In this document: positions 49,394 to 60,954 of the stretch, piece by piece
Layout: every line of letters begins with the position of its first letter
How positions within the stretch are numbered: the stretch's first letter is position 1
Origin: Psammoneis japonica
Taxonomy: Eukaryota
Assembly (NCBI GenBank): GCA_008632985.1
Contig: QPGO01000020.1
Location: 310,001 to 374,000 of the forward strand
Direction: 5' to 3'
DNA length: 64,000 bases
Translations under genes and position numbers: made by a program
The notes under the pieces: generated by a model
What the model saw: the letters and a program-made list of their open reading frames with translations, nothing else
Databases searched by the model: none
What the model was told of the DNA's origin: nothing

Positions 49394-50582
49394 ATGCTGT
49401 CCACGGTGAGTACGTACCGGCGTGGGCCGATCGTTTTCTGATCAGGTTGCTTGGGTTGACCGAACTCGGATTTGACCGTTAACACGACTTGCCAACCGCA
49501 GAGCCGCCAGATGATTGTCTCTCACATCTTTCCTCTGCAACTATCTGAACAGCTCATTTGCTCCAAGGAGGAGCACCGTCGTCGCGTCCTACAGCAATAT
49601 CCGGAGTACGAGGATAAGCACGGGCGAGAAGGGCGTGGAGATATACGCTCGGTACCGTGCTGAAGCTGGCACTGGCAACCACGCACAACGTGAGGCCCAG
49701 GCGGAATACGAATCCTATATGAACCGGGTTGGTGTTGCTGAAGACATGTGCATGACCTACGACGCCATTCGAAAGGACCAGGCCAAAAAAGCCCCCAAGT
49801 ACGCTGTGGTTGAAGACGTTTTGTATTATGGTGGGATCAAGTTTCCGGCATGGGAAGACTATTACTCTATCATGCAGGAAACTATCGCTGAGCTGGGAGA
49901 TGCTGCGACTGAGGAAGACCTTCGGCTTGCCGTCAAGTCCAAAATGGTCATTCGTGACAATATTTTGGAGTTTTTTTTTCGCCCGCCAACCGAACAACCA
50001 AGCCCTCAAGACCAGGGTGGTACTCGTGATGTGGAAGGTCTCGATTCAAACAACAATTTGGGCTCCCATTCGGATGCCAATTTGGCTGCTGAGCCACAAC
50101 AAGCAGTTGCTCCCCAGCAGGGACGGACGCATGCAGCTCCAATGAGTCAAGCGAGCTTCATGGCCATGATGATGGGGTTTGCGAACAATGGTGCGTCCCA
50201 CACCTTCAACTATACTAGCATTCATGACTCAAACATAAACAGAGTTGGCCAAGGATCGGATGACAACAGTGGAGTCACCAATGAAGACCTCGCGAACATG
50301 ATTCGACGGCTAGAGGAGGGCCAGCGCAGCATCCGAGAAAGCATCCAAGAAGTACAGCGTGTCTTCCAAGAAGGACAACGTAGCACCCAAGAAGCACTCA
50401 GCATCCTCCAAGAAGAACTCAGCGATCTCCAAAATCGCAACCAAGAAAGCAAAGGCGAAACGGGTGGGAATGGCAACCTTGATGGCTTGTCCGGGAAGGA
50501 CTGTCCCACATTGTCCACGGAAGACGGCAACCAAGAACTCGAAGAAGAGGTGAACGCCGAACCTCCATTTGGCTCACTTTGA
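49394..50582 (+). CDS. Hypothetical protein with a C-terminal coiled coil
   Basis: ATG at 49394, intron 49406-49552 (GTGAGT...CAG), one frameshift near 49623, then a long open frame with a heptad-rich segment. Confidence 0.6.
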
Positions 50583-51405
50583 CCCAGTGTTCCGCGTCGA
50601 TGTAGCCAGCGTGCCAACATTGGTCAGCGGCTTCGCCGTTCCGGGCATGATGACTGAGTTTCTGCAGGCTGTCCTTTACGTTTTGACAAATGGTATTCTC
50701 TGCATCGCCGTCTCCAATGGACCGACGTATAAATAATTAGTCGTATTTTTTGTCTCCAAACGCTGATTCAAGCTGCCGACACCATAGTAGCATGAAGCTA
50801 ATCATCTACCTAGCTATTCATACCGTAGCTATGGCACAGTAGAAGTAGCTAGCTAGAGATATGATATGGTACTTCTACTTACTTTAGCATCGACAGGGTG
50901 CTAGTCTGATTTGTGACATTATTTAGGATATACGATATACTATTTGTACACAGTAGGTAAGATGTGAGAACTAACTATCGTAGAGAAGACTCCCTTGTCA
51001 GAGGTGAAAATGCCTACGGTGCAATAGTAGGGATGATCAACCATGAGAAAGAACGCAGCGTACCAAATCATTCACAACTCCGTTTCTCTTTGCTCGAAGC
51101 CCAAGCCGGCTATAAAATACCACGGTGCATTATCAACCACCAACAAGCAAAGCCCCCCGTCAAAATTCTGAACGTCCCACTGACGCCCGCCTCTACACAC
51201 GTGTAGCAAACCACGAAACAGACAAGCACAAAACACAACGCGCCCATAAGCCAGAACCCCAAGAAAAGATTCAAAAGCACCACCAGCCCCTAAACCGTTG
51301 CGCAAAGAAAGTATCACTCGATTCGTGCAGGATCCTGACGCAAATTAAAAGCTTGAATTTCAACAGCTTGTCCCAAGTTGGAAAGAGCATTCTTCCCGCT
51401 ACTGC
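50577..51405 (+). repeat. Segmental duplication, copy 1
   Basis: Colinear with 56525-57455, e.g. TTTGACCCAGTGTTCC..., TTTGTACACAGTAGGTAAGATGTGAGA and GTGCAGGATCCTGACGCAA. Confidence 0.92.
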
Positions 51406-52349
51406 AAATGTTATTACTGTCGTCCTTGTCGTCCTCGTCGTCATTGTAGGAGCGAAGCCTTTGCTCGAGGTATTCTCGCAGAAGTATTGGGTTACTAAGC
51501 TCCGCGTTGTCGTTTGATAGGCTTGAGAATATTCCACTGCACTTTTCTGGGCCATCGTCGAGAATTTCCAATGGCAAAAAGTTAGGATCACCAAAAGCCA
51601 TGCACAAGAGAACGGACTTGTAGCTCGAATCTTCTTGGCTTTCGGCATGTAGCACGCACGGACGAAAGGAAGCCACATGATATCCTCAGAGTACTTCCAA
51701 GCAATCAACATTCGACAGCGAGGGCATGGTCCAACCAGAACTCGCGCCGCCTGATAATCCAGAATTTGCAAAAGACACCGTCGGCAAAAGCGAGTGGTGG
51801 AAGTCTCCTCCCGTCCGTCACAGCCGCAGCGCATAGCAAGACGACGAGACGCTGCTGATACCCGGGTCATGCTCAAGGTCGTAGACATCCATAGCAGCAA
51901 CGTCCACCGGCTGTTGCCAATCCGGTTGTGGACCTGTTGGGTGTTGCGGCTCCTGTAGAACCTGGCTAGATGGTCGCTCAAGTGCTACAGCGGTCCAACT
52001 ATGTCTTGGGAATGTTTGATTCCATGTCGGTATCTGGATCGTCTGCCACGTCTACACCACCGTTTGCGTTTGCTCAGTGGCCAACGATTGCCCAATTGCC
52101 ACCACCAACTAGTAGTAGATCTGCAGCACCAGCTCCCCCTGCTTTTGCGTAGCCACTACCCGCTGATCCGAGATTGCCGACTACTACTGCATCCACCCCT
52201 CCGAATCTACCAACAGCCACCGGACGCAGGACCAGGTCATCAAAGGTCATGGACGCGTCACCGACGGAATCGTTCGTTTCCTCGTACGACTAGGCCCTAC
52301 CAGTAGGGATTAGGGGACGCGCCACAACCATGGAAGAAGTGGAAGACAT
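51060..52349 (-). pseudogene. Disrupted gene with a RING-like Cys cluster and C-terminal TM helices
   Basis: Cys cluster CGC...FCRRCL...CPRCR. Multiple stops and frameshifts. The C-terminus is paralogous to ORF 57048-57611. Confidence 0.5.
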
Positions 52350-52884
52350 GTTGACGTAAAGTCATGGAAACGAATGAAGTCATTCGCAATACTGTCGAGA
52401 TAGAAACGCTGACTGGCATACATGCAGGAAAGCCTTTGATGTATTTAGGTGGACTGAAGTCGTACCTTCACGTGTGAGGTGAATAACGATGTATGTGATT
52501 TGGGGATCAAGCTAAAAGAAGAATCATTCACTAATAACGACGACGCCTTAGCGACCCACTAGCTACTGGTAGAGCTTTTGCAACAGCAACAGAAAATCCT
52601 ACATACTACACATTGTGTGCAAGTGTACCTACTGCTGCGTTACTGAATGAAAATGTACTATTTATTCATGTAATCGTGGAACACCGCCGCCATTGCCCAT
52701 CCGCTGAGAGATATTTTGTGCTGAAATGGATCAACGTCGAAAGGATGATACGTCCCTGCCTCTGCATTCCATATCCCAATATCTCTTGAACTCATAGTCA
52801 CCCGAATATCTGCACCCGAAAGCATACGGTACTTTTACATGTATCTCTACAGCAATGCAGCCCCGGCCTTCACACCCCGTTCAT

Positions 52885-54284
52885 CTAACGTAGTCGCTCA
52901 GAAGGCCTTGCTTCCCAATCCGCCTCACGCAAATCATCTTCATCAGCGTCGGCCTGGGCTCCCAGACTCTCATCATCGCTTTCAGTGTCTACGTAAGAGT
53001 CTTCATCGTTTTCACCTTCGATGTCACTTTCCTCATCATCTCCTTCAAAAGCTTCTTTAATGATGGCAATCTCTGCCTCAAGGGCAGCACGTTGATCCCG
53101 AAATGCAGCCACACGAGTTGTCATCACGCCAAAAATACTTCGCTAGTTTTCTCGGGGACCACGCCAGCCCCCGCATCAGATTTTTTTTTGTTTACTTAAG
53201 AGCCCTATAATTTTCTCAAGGGACTCTTCCTCTTGTTTCAGCTCAGCCTGCTGTTGCAAAAGTGGCCCGGTCGCTTGGATAAAAGGCACAGTCGACAACT
53301 TCGGAAGAAAGTTTCTGGCCTTGACGTGTACAGCTTCGGGATATTCTTTCATCATGTCAATCACAAGCTCTTGGATAAGTCTCCTGTTGCATCGGCGGGC
53401 CAGGTAATGAAGTGGCAGTCCGCGCCCTCGTCGTGCCTTGATGCGGATAGCCTCGGGACACTCTTGCATGAAAAAGCGGCAAATCCTTGCAACGTTCTCT
53501 GTGCACCATTCCTCATCCTCGAGAATCTGACACGCAGTATACAGAGGAGTCTTTCCCATCCGTTACGATGTTTCAGGCACTCTGGATGCTTCTTACCATC
53601 CATTTCAACAAGCCCATATCGCACTCGTCCCCTCCCACAATCTCTTCCAACATGCCGGGTAAACATTTGTCGAGAGCTGCAGGTTGCAACTCAAAGAACT
53701 CACGAACAATGAATGCCTGACAACGTCCACTAACATGGCATCTAATGAGGCCTTGAATAAGTATCACACGGTGGTACTGAATGGCGGTCAGGTGCTCAAA
53801 AATCCACGCATGGTTCCGCGCAATCCAGGGCAGCAAAGCACAATGTTCCGAGGCGATGCATGCCAGAGGGAAGAGATCGATCACAATATCCCATTTCCAC
53901 AGCAAGGCATGCGGTTTTATGTTGACAAGAAACTTAATGGTCTCGTGGAGAATGGGATTCCTTTGAGTACTCTCGCAAACCGCGGTCAGCAAAGACCATC
54001 CATTTGCTTGTACGTGAACAGCTCCTGCGGGAATCGGTCCATTTTCTCTCTTGTAAACAGCTCTTGCAAGAATCGGTTCATTGATGACTTCTTGTATGAT
54101 GAGATTGCAGATCCGCTCTCCTGCTCGCTGGATTTCTTCCCCTTCCTCGTTGACTCTGAGCAACAAGAAGATACGATCGAACAAATGCTCGAATTGATTG
54201 CGCAATTTCCTCTGGCAAATCTGAGTGAGAGACAGGCTCTTGCACGTCTCGCTCTTGCTGTTCTCCTGCAATTTCGTTGGACAT
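52885..54284 (-). pseudogene. Diatom-type ankyrin-like repeat protein, frameshifted (gene or pseudogene)
   Basis: GKTPLYTAC...CPEAIRIK...GLPLHYL...YPEAVHVK motifs spread over three or more frames, with an acidic tail. Confidence 0.6.
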
Positions 54285-54544
54285 AGTCGTTTGGTTTATA
54301 ATAGCGTAAAGGCTGCTTCGGCTGGTACTGTATGGTTGATTCTGTTCGTTCGACGGGGGCGATTGGTTCATTCGATGCAACAGCAACAGAAACAACAAAC
54401 ATGTGATGTCCAACCGCCAACGTTTTGACTTCTGCGGGAGACATGCGGCCGCGCGCGCGCCCGTCACACCCAACACGTACACGCACGTACGCGATGGACC
54501 AAAATAATCTAATATTCGTATTTATGAATGGACACAAGCATCAT

Positions 54545-56550
54545 TTAACATGCTCCGTGAATGAAGAATGACATTGATTTTGTCCGTCCTGTTGAACCGC
54601 GGCAACCGCGTGCATGCTGAACCAAAACACTGACACTGGTGCGCTAACCTGCCTTTCAGTTTTCCTTACACCACTGCAGCACGATGAGCCAGTTTTAGGA
54701 AGCTGCTTCATGTCACAAAGTGCGTGGAGACTTCTGTTCTCCAGATTTTTTTTCTGAAAAATGAGGCCAATGTCTCGTTGAGAGGTGCCGGCATGTTTGT
54801 TCTCCTGGCCTCCATGTTGTTGCTCCTAAAATGCTCAGTGGCAGAGGACCACAAAAACACACAGCTTCATGACAAGCATGACAAGCACTTCTCTGTCTGT
54901 GCAGAGTCTCTCGTCAAGTCGCGAGAGAAATTCAAACACCACGAATCTGCCCGGACTCACTGGACACTGGCACTGGTGGAGGAGATTTGAAGCTCAACTT
55001 CTCGGCAAAACGATGCACACTTGACAACGAGATGGAGAAAACACTTTTAGAAAGAATTTTGCAACAATGGTCAGAGGACATTGCAGGCCATTTGGAGAGA
55101 ACTGGCAGCACTCAAGGTGGCGAATCATGCCCAATGTTGGCTTGTGGAAGACAGCCAACACAAAAGAAAGAGAAGAGTCCGCCATGGAGATGGAAGACTT
55201 TCAAGATGCCATGATGGAAGATCAAGTTGCTGATCTCCATCATCGCAAGAGAGTGGCAGCTCCAAGAAACTTTGCAGCTCCAGCTCTGATGAGGACTGTG
55301 GATCAAGAAGTGGTGCCTCGTGCAGCACATCATGTTGGACAAATCCAAAAAGATGCAGGTTGCAACTGCTGCCACCTTGCCATGGATGATGGGCACTGCT
55401 GTCAATCCCTCACTGTGTGCTGCCCATCTGACTGAAGGGTGGGCTCCCCAGGTGGCCACACTTGTGCCACCTTGGTTTGCAACACATCAGGGCTGTGGGA
55501 GGCAACGTTTGGGAGGCAAAGACAACTCACAACAGGAGCGTCAAACAGGAAAGCTGCAGCTTGAAGCTGCTTTTTGGAGCAGAGTCAGAAACAAAACAGC
55601 TGTGAAGCTGTTCTTGGAGGGAGGAGCAGCTTCTCCTTCATCTTCAGCTGCAGCGGCCTTCCCTTGTTTTTTTCTGTGTCAAGAAAGGACATCTTTGGTC
55701 ATCATGGCTTCTTCTGTTGAGCCCTCTCCTTCTTCTTTGTGCCATCTTCACATTTGGCAGTCGCACCCCTGCGAGAGCATGCATTTCCTCCATCAGACAA
55801 GTGCAAGCAGCCTCTTGACAAAAGGCTTGGGGCTTGAAGCTGTGGTCATTCAAGCAATCATGGAAAATCCACTGGCACTGCAATGCTGAGGGGCAGTGTG
55901 CAACAACACCTCAGCCACCAGATGCAGAGATCTGAGCTGACTTTTGCGTTGTTTCGCCACTTGCCAATGCAAGTCAGACCAAGGGCAAGTGTGTGGGGAA
56001 AACAAACTGTTCGCCACCCCTGAGGAACAAGAAGAGTGCATTCAAGCATGGCTTGCCAACACTGCAAATTTGCTCCAGCCTGGTTGTGTGATCTGAAAAT
56101 TGCATGGTGCACAGCTTGGCAGCAGTGTGCAGAAACTTCTCTGCACAGCATGGGGGACACAGAGGCTTTGAGTCCGGTGAGTCAGTTGCTGTGTTGCAGT
56201 TGCAGAGAGCCCTTTGTTTTGGCCAAGGACTCACTGTTGCTTGTGATTGATTGCTTTTGTCAACTGTGCAAGCAGGGAGAAAAGGCAGACATTTGCACTC
56301 TAGAAGAGCCCAAGCATCGCAGCTCGTGCTGCGCCCCGGGTGAAAATCACGGACGGCAAAGTTTCTGCATGTTGTTGGAATCAAACATGCGAATCATTTT
56401 TTTTACTCGCAAGAGCAACCCGCCGCATTGACAAGAGTGCCAGCAATGAAACTGCTTTGCAGCTGGATGTGTTGGGCACACAGCCACCGTGTCATTAAAT
56501 TGAGTGGGACTCTGGGCAAGTTCTCTTTGACCCAGTGTTCCACGTCGATG
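54545..56550 (+). pseudogene. CpG/TpA-depleted domain containing a decayed coding sequence
   Basis: Protein-like frames (KEREESAMEMEDFQDAMMEDQVADL; ENKLFATPEEQEECIQAWLANTANLLQPGCVI) with no Tyr and excess Cys/His. Confidence 0.6.
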
Positions 56551-57455
56551 CAGCCAGCGTGCCAACATTGGTCAGCGGCCTCGCCGTTTTGGGCATGACG
56601 ACTGAGTTTCTGCAAGCTCTCTTTTTAGGTTTTGACAAATGGATCGCTGTCTCCAATGGACCGACGTATAAACAATTAGTGGTATTTTTTGCCTCCAAAC
56701 GCTCATTCAAACTACCGACATCATAGTAGCATGAAGCTAATCTGCCTAGCTACCGTAGCTTTGGCACAGCAGAAGTAGCTAGCTAGAGTTTATTATGTTT
56801 TGGTACTTACTCTATTCAACATCGACGGGGTACTAAGGTGCGCGAACAACAGGGAACAAGCGACAAGATTCGTGACATTCTTTTAGGATATACAGTACCA
56901 TTATTTGTACACAGTAGGTAAGATGTGAGACTTAATAGAGAGAAGACTCCCTTTGAGGTGAAAATGCCTACCGGTACGGCGCATTATAGCATGATTCAAA
57001 CCCCATCGTCGATCAACCGTGAGAAAGGACGAAGCCTACCAAATCATTCATAACTCCGGTTCTGTTTGCTCGAAGCCCAAGCCGACCATGGAACTATCAA
57101 GGCGCGAAATCAACCACCAACACGCAAAGCCCCCCATCAAAATTCTGAAGGTACACCGAAACGCAATCTCTCTCGTGTCCGTCTTTGGCATTCCCAGCAT
57201 CCCACTGACGCCCTTTACACCCGTGTAGCAAACCACGAAACAGACAAGCAGAAAGCACAACGCGACAGTAACCCAGAACCCCAAGTAAAGATTCAAAAGC
57301 ACCACCGGCCCCTCTTGCCAAAGCGACAACGGCTCTAATGGGAAGAAACCAGTTGCCCGAAGAAAAGTAACACTTGACTCGTGCAGGATCCTGACGCAAT
57401 TGAAAGCTTGAATTTCAAAAGCCTGTCCCAAGTTGCAAAGAGCATTCTTCCAGCT
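56525..57455 (+). repeat. Segmental duplication, copy 2
   Basis: Colinear with 50577-51405, with small indels. Confidence 0.92.
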
Positions 57456-60030
57456 ACCAGCATCCAATCCCATGCAAATGACTGCAGTCATGTCTTGTTC
57501 AAGCTGCTGTTGCCAAATGCGGTACGCTTCTCGATGTCGTTCCAGTACAAACTGATAGTTCAACGTTTTGTTGCGGGAAACCCGCAAGGTGTAAACGTCG
57601 GGGTCTTCCAACGCCTTGCGCTCGTCGATTGTGCCTTGAGCAGGGAACGTAGCTTGGGTTCAAGACCGCTTTCCGAGGAAACAAGCTTCTCTTGTTGTTC
57701 CTTTAGTCTGAGTAGAATTTCATTCTCATTCGGGTCTTTGCATCGAGCTTCCTGGGTTGCCACCATCCCCTTAACAGAAAAGACTCGAAATACATTCCAG
57801 TGGGGATCAGTCATAAAGGTACTCGTGAAAGGCTTCAGTTCGCCTTGCTTCTTCCCGTTGTCGAGGACGTATAGCTCCGACGGTGGTTACTTTGGCGTTG
57901 GTAGGCAGGCACGAATGCTAAAAGAAGAAGCCTCTCTCGCTTTTTGACCTGCAGCTGCATAGTTTAGACCATCTTTTTCTTGTCGCTTTCAATTTAAAAA
58001 CAAGGGACTCTCGTGCGCTTCTGGTAGTGCAGAAGCCTGCGCCCGACAAGCTTTGGCTTGAGAAACATTGGGAAGACGCACCAACATGAGCTCTCGTTAC
58101 ACCGTGTCTTGCGCGCCGAAACAGTTGGGCCCTCTTCTGCAACCGCGGTGTCATTACCCGCTTTCTTTTGACAATGGACCAGAAAGGCGTAGCGGTAGCT
58201 ACACTTGTGCAAATCACAAACAACCGGTGAACAAGTCAGGCTCTCTTCTTGAAATCCATCTTGATTTCCAGACTTCATGTAGGACATGCGGAAGTAGGAT
58301 TGAAACCATGGAATATCGCAAGCTCGTGTCCAAATGGCCCCAGAAAGGGATTCTTGGGAGGACCCCTCGTCGCTGGACTTGTCGTTGGAAGCTTCCACTG
58401 TACCCGGTTTCGTCACCTTCTCCTTTTCAATCGCGATCGTTGGCCGTTCTTCTCGTCCTTACTCGAGTCGGGGTGCGATGCGTCTGCACTTTCGGGATCA
58501 ACTACACGGTCTGACCAGGTCCTTTTGACACTTTATCCATTGACGATGCGACCCCACTCTGCTAGTTCTTACGGCTAGGTTGAGACTTCTCTGGTTGACC
58601 GTCGCCGGCTTGTTTGCCGCCACGTTCGTTCGCGGACGATGCTGTCTCTGCGGAAGGCTTGCAGTCGTCCGTACCACTATTCTCTTGCTGAATTCCCTCT
58701 GTAAGCACCGTTTCTGGCTGGATCGCCATTCGAGTCATCGTCCTTGTTGGTATCATTGGTTGTTGGCCGCATCCTTACTCTGCTCCATATCTGGACATTG
58801 AAACTTGTAATAGACAAATCTTCTTGGCCATCCCTTGTGTCATGCCAACCACACAAACTCTCCATTAGTCCTGAAGGAACTTGCCGGCGCTTCTTGTTCA
58901 TCGTCGTCTTGTCTCGCAATAGCTGCAGTGCGTCTGGCACGGTGCGAACGACCAGTCCTTGTCCACAATGCCATGCTCTTGTGCAAACAATATGCAACCT
59001 TTTGGCACGTCCTTGATGCTGCCATACGAAGCCATGGATGGGGTGTCAAGCGTGACGGTTCAAAAGAGGTACATTTCACGAAAGACGGGATCTAGTAGAT
59101 AATCCAACAAGCGGTCTGCCGGCGGGAGGCATGCAAAAGGCATGCCAGTTCTTAGTAAGAACGCAATCATGAACAACAGCGGAACCATCAAATACAAAGG
59201 ATACTCATCAGCTCGGATTGGTTTCATATCCTTGTCGAATTCGAAAAGTTGATCTTGCTTTCTCCCTTTGCAGGATCGAGCCTCGTACCGAAATTAAGAA
59301 TGTCACCAGAATGGGAATCGTATCGGTGGTTCATGGTGTGCCGCAAACTTGTCTTGATCCTTCAAGAGGCCGTTTAGGTCGTGTCCCTTTGGTTCCTTTT
59401 TCAACGTCTTTTTCCATTCTCAGTATGGATCGAGAATAGTGAATAGCATGTGGCCATCCACGTTCCGAAAAGGGCGTGCAACTTATCTCCGCAGTACCGC
59501 ATGTGGGTATTGACTACCTTCTTGAAATCTGTTCGAAAGAGGTTCATAAGAAGCCACAAGAGACTCGTGTTTCAAAGATACCCGGTTGACTCATTTTCCG
59601 GTTTCGAAATCAGATCGTTATCCTCGGTGCGCACAATCTGTCCCGAAACAAGAGCTTCTTTTGACAAGGATCAAACGTCATGGCTGCAAAAAGAGTCCAT
59701 CTCCGTCAAACATGTGATGATGAGCGCAAACCCCATCGTCAGACTGAAAACGTCCGTTGCCATTCCGATAACAAGTTCCTTCATTAAAATCATTGGGCGG
59801 CTCCATACTATCAATGACTGTTAACGGCATCTCCTTTAAAAGTGGCATACCCTCTCGCCCATGCTTTTTGGTAGTGGCCGGAGGCCGGAGCGACGCAGTG
59901 CTGGCGAGGTGGAAGCTGCTTGTCTACTGCTTGTGACTGCCATTCTTAGTGTGTTGTCCAACGGTCCAGCCACTAAAGTCAAAAAGGGCTCTCGCAAGAT
60001 TGTGACAAGCACGATAAGTGCTGCCATTGG
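57048..60030 (-). pseudogene. Fragmented minus-strand coding remnant(s) of unknown family
   Basis: A chain of short minus-strand ORFs with protein-like composition, Cys/His clusters and C-terminal TM helices paralogous to 51060-51400. Confidence 0.4.
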
Positions 60031-60434
60031 AAACCTCTTCGTACCGAGTCGCAGGTTTCCGCGATGAAACTAGTAGTAACACGTTAGTTATGTCGCTAAA
60101 GATAGAGGTCAGATCAGATGATAACGATCAACGCTGCCGCCGCAATCTCCAATCTCCATCGTGAGGTGCGCGACCTGGTAAGAAGACGCCTCATTCGAAG
60201 CGCTATTCATCGTCTACATGTACATGAATCATCGGTATAATTGTGGATGAGAGATAATGAGAGGTGACGATGCGGTAGACGGTCTTTGGGGCTGAACGCT
60301 GAACGCCATGGGATCGCTGCACACCGCACGCTGTCCACGCGCATTCGTCGTACTACCGCGCGCTAATTTTTTCGTCGTGACGTCAGCTGTATCTACAAAA
60401 ACTTGATCGTCACATCGTTCGTCCGTGTTTCACC

Positions 60435-60954
60435 ATGATGAGACTAACGGTATGTTTGCTTTGCATCCTGTCGCTGTCGCCTTACAGGGGCTACCCGTGC
60501 TTACAGCGGCTCCGCCGCCAATCTTATGAGCACTGGTAAGGTGACTCAGGTGATTGGTGCCGTTGTGGATGTTCAGTTTGATGAGAAACTGCCCAAGATT
60601 TTGAACGCACTCGAGGTAGATGTGCCCAAGGGTAACGAGAGACTTGTGCTCGAGGTCGCTCAGCATCTTGGAGAGAACACGGTCCGTACTATTGCGATGG
60701 AGAGTACTGATGGTCTTGTTCGTGGACAAAAGTGCGAAGATACCGGAGCTCCGATTCAAGTGCCTGTCGGACCCGAGACTCTCGGACGTATCATCAACGT
60801 GATTGGAGAGCCTGTCGACGAGAAGGGACCAATCTTTCCAGACAAAAAGATGGAGAAATTCGCTCCTCTCCACAGATCTGCTCCCTCCTTTACTGAACAG
60901 GGACGTACTCAGGATATTCTTGTGACTGGAATCAAGGTTGTAGATCTTCTCGCA
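60435..60954 (+). pseudogene. ATP2: 5' fragment of mitochondrial F1 ATP synthase beta subunit
   Basis: [15 protein letters not shown]...[28 protein letters not shown]...[19 protein letters not shown]...[10 protein letters not shown]. It stops before Walker A, and a presequence-like leader (ATRAYS) lies upstream. Confidence 0.92.

Noticed and set aside
53684..54286. 200-aa plus-strand ORF
   Set aside because: Antisense to the ankyrin-like gene with no recognisable features.
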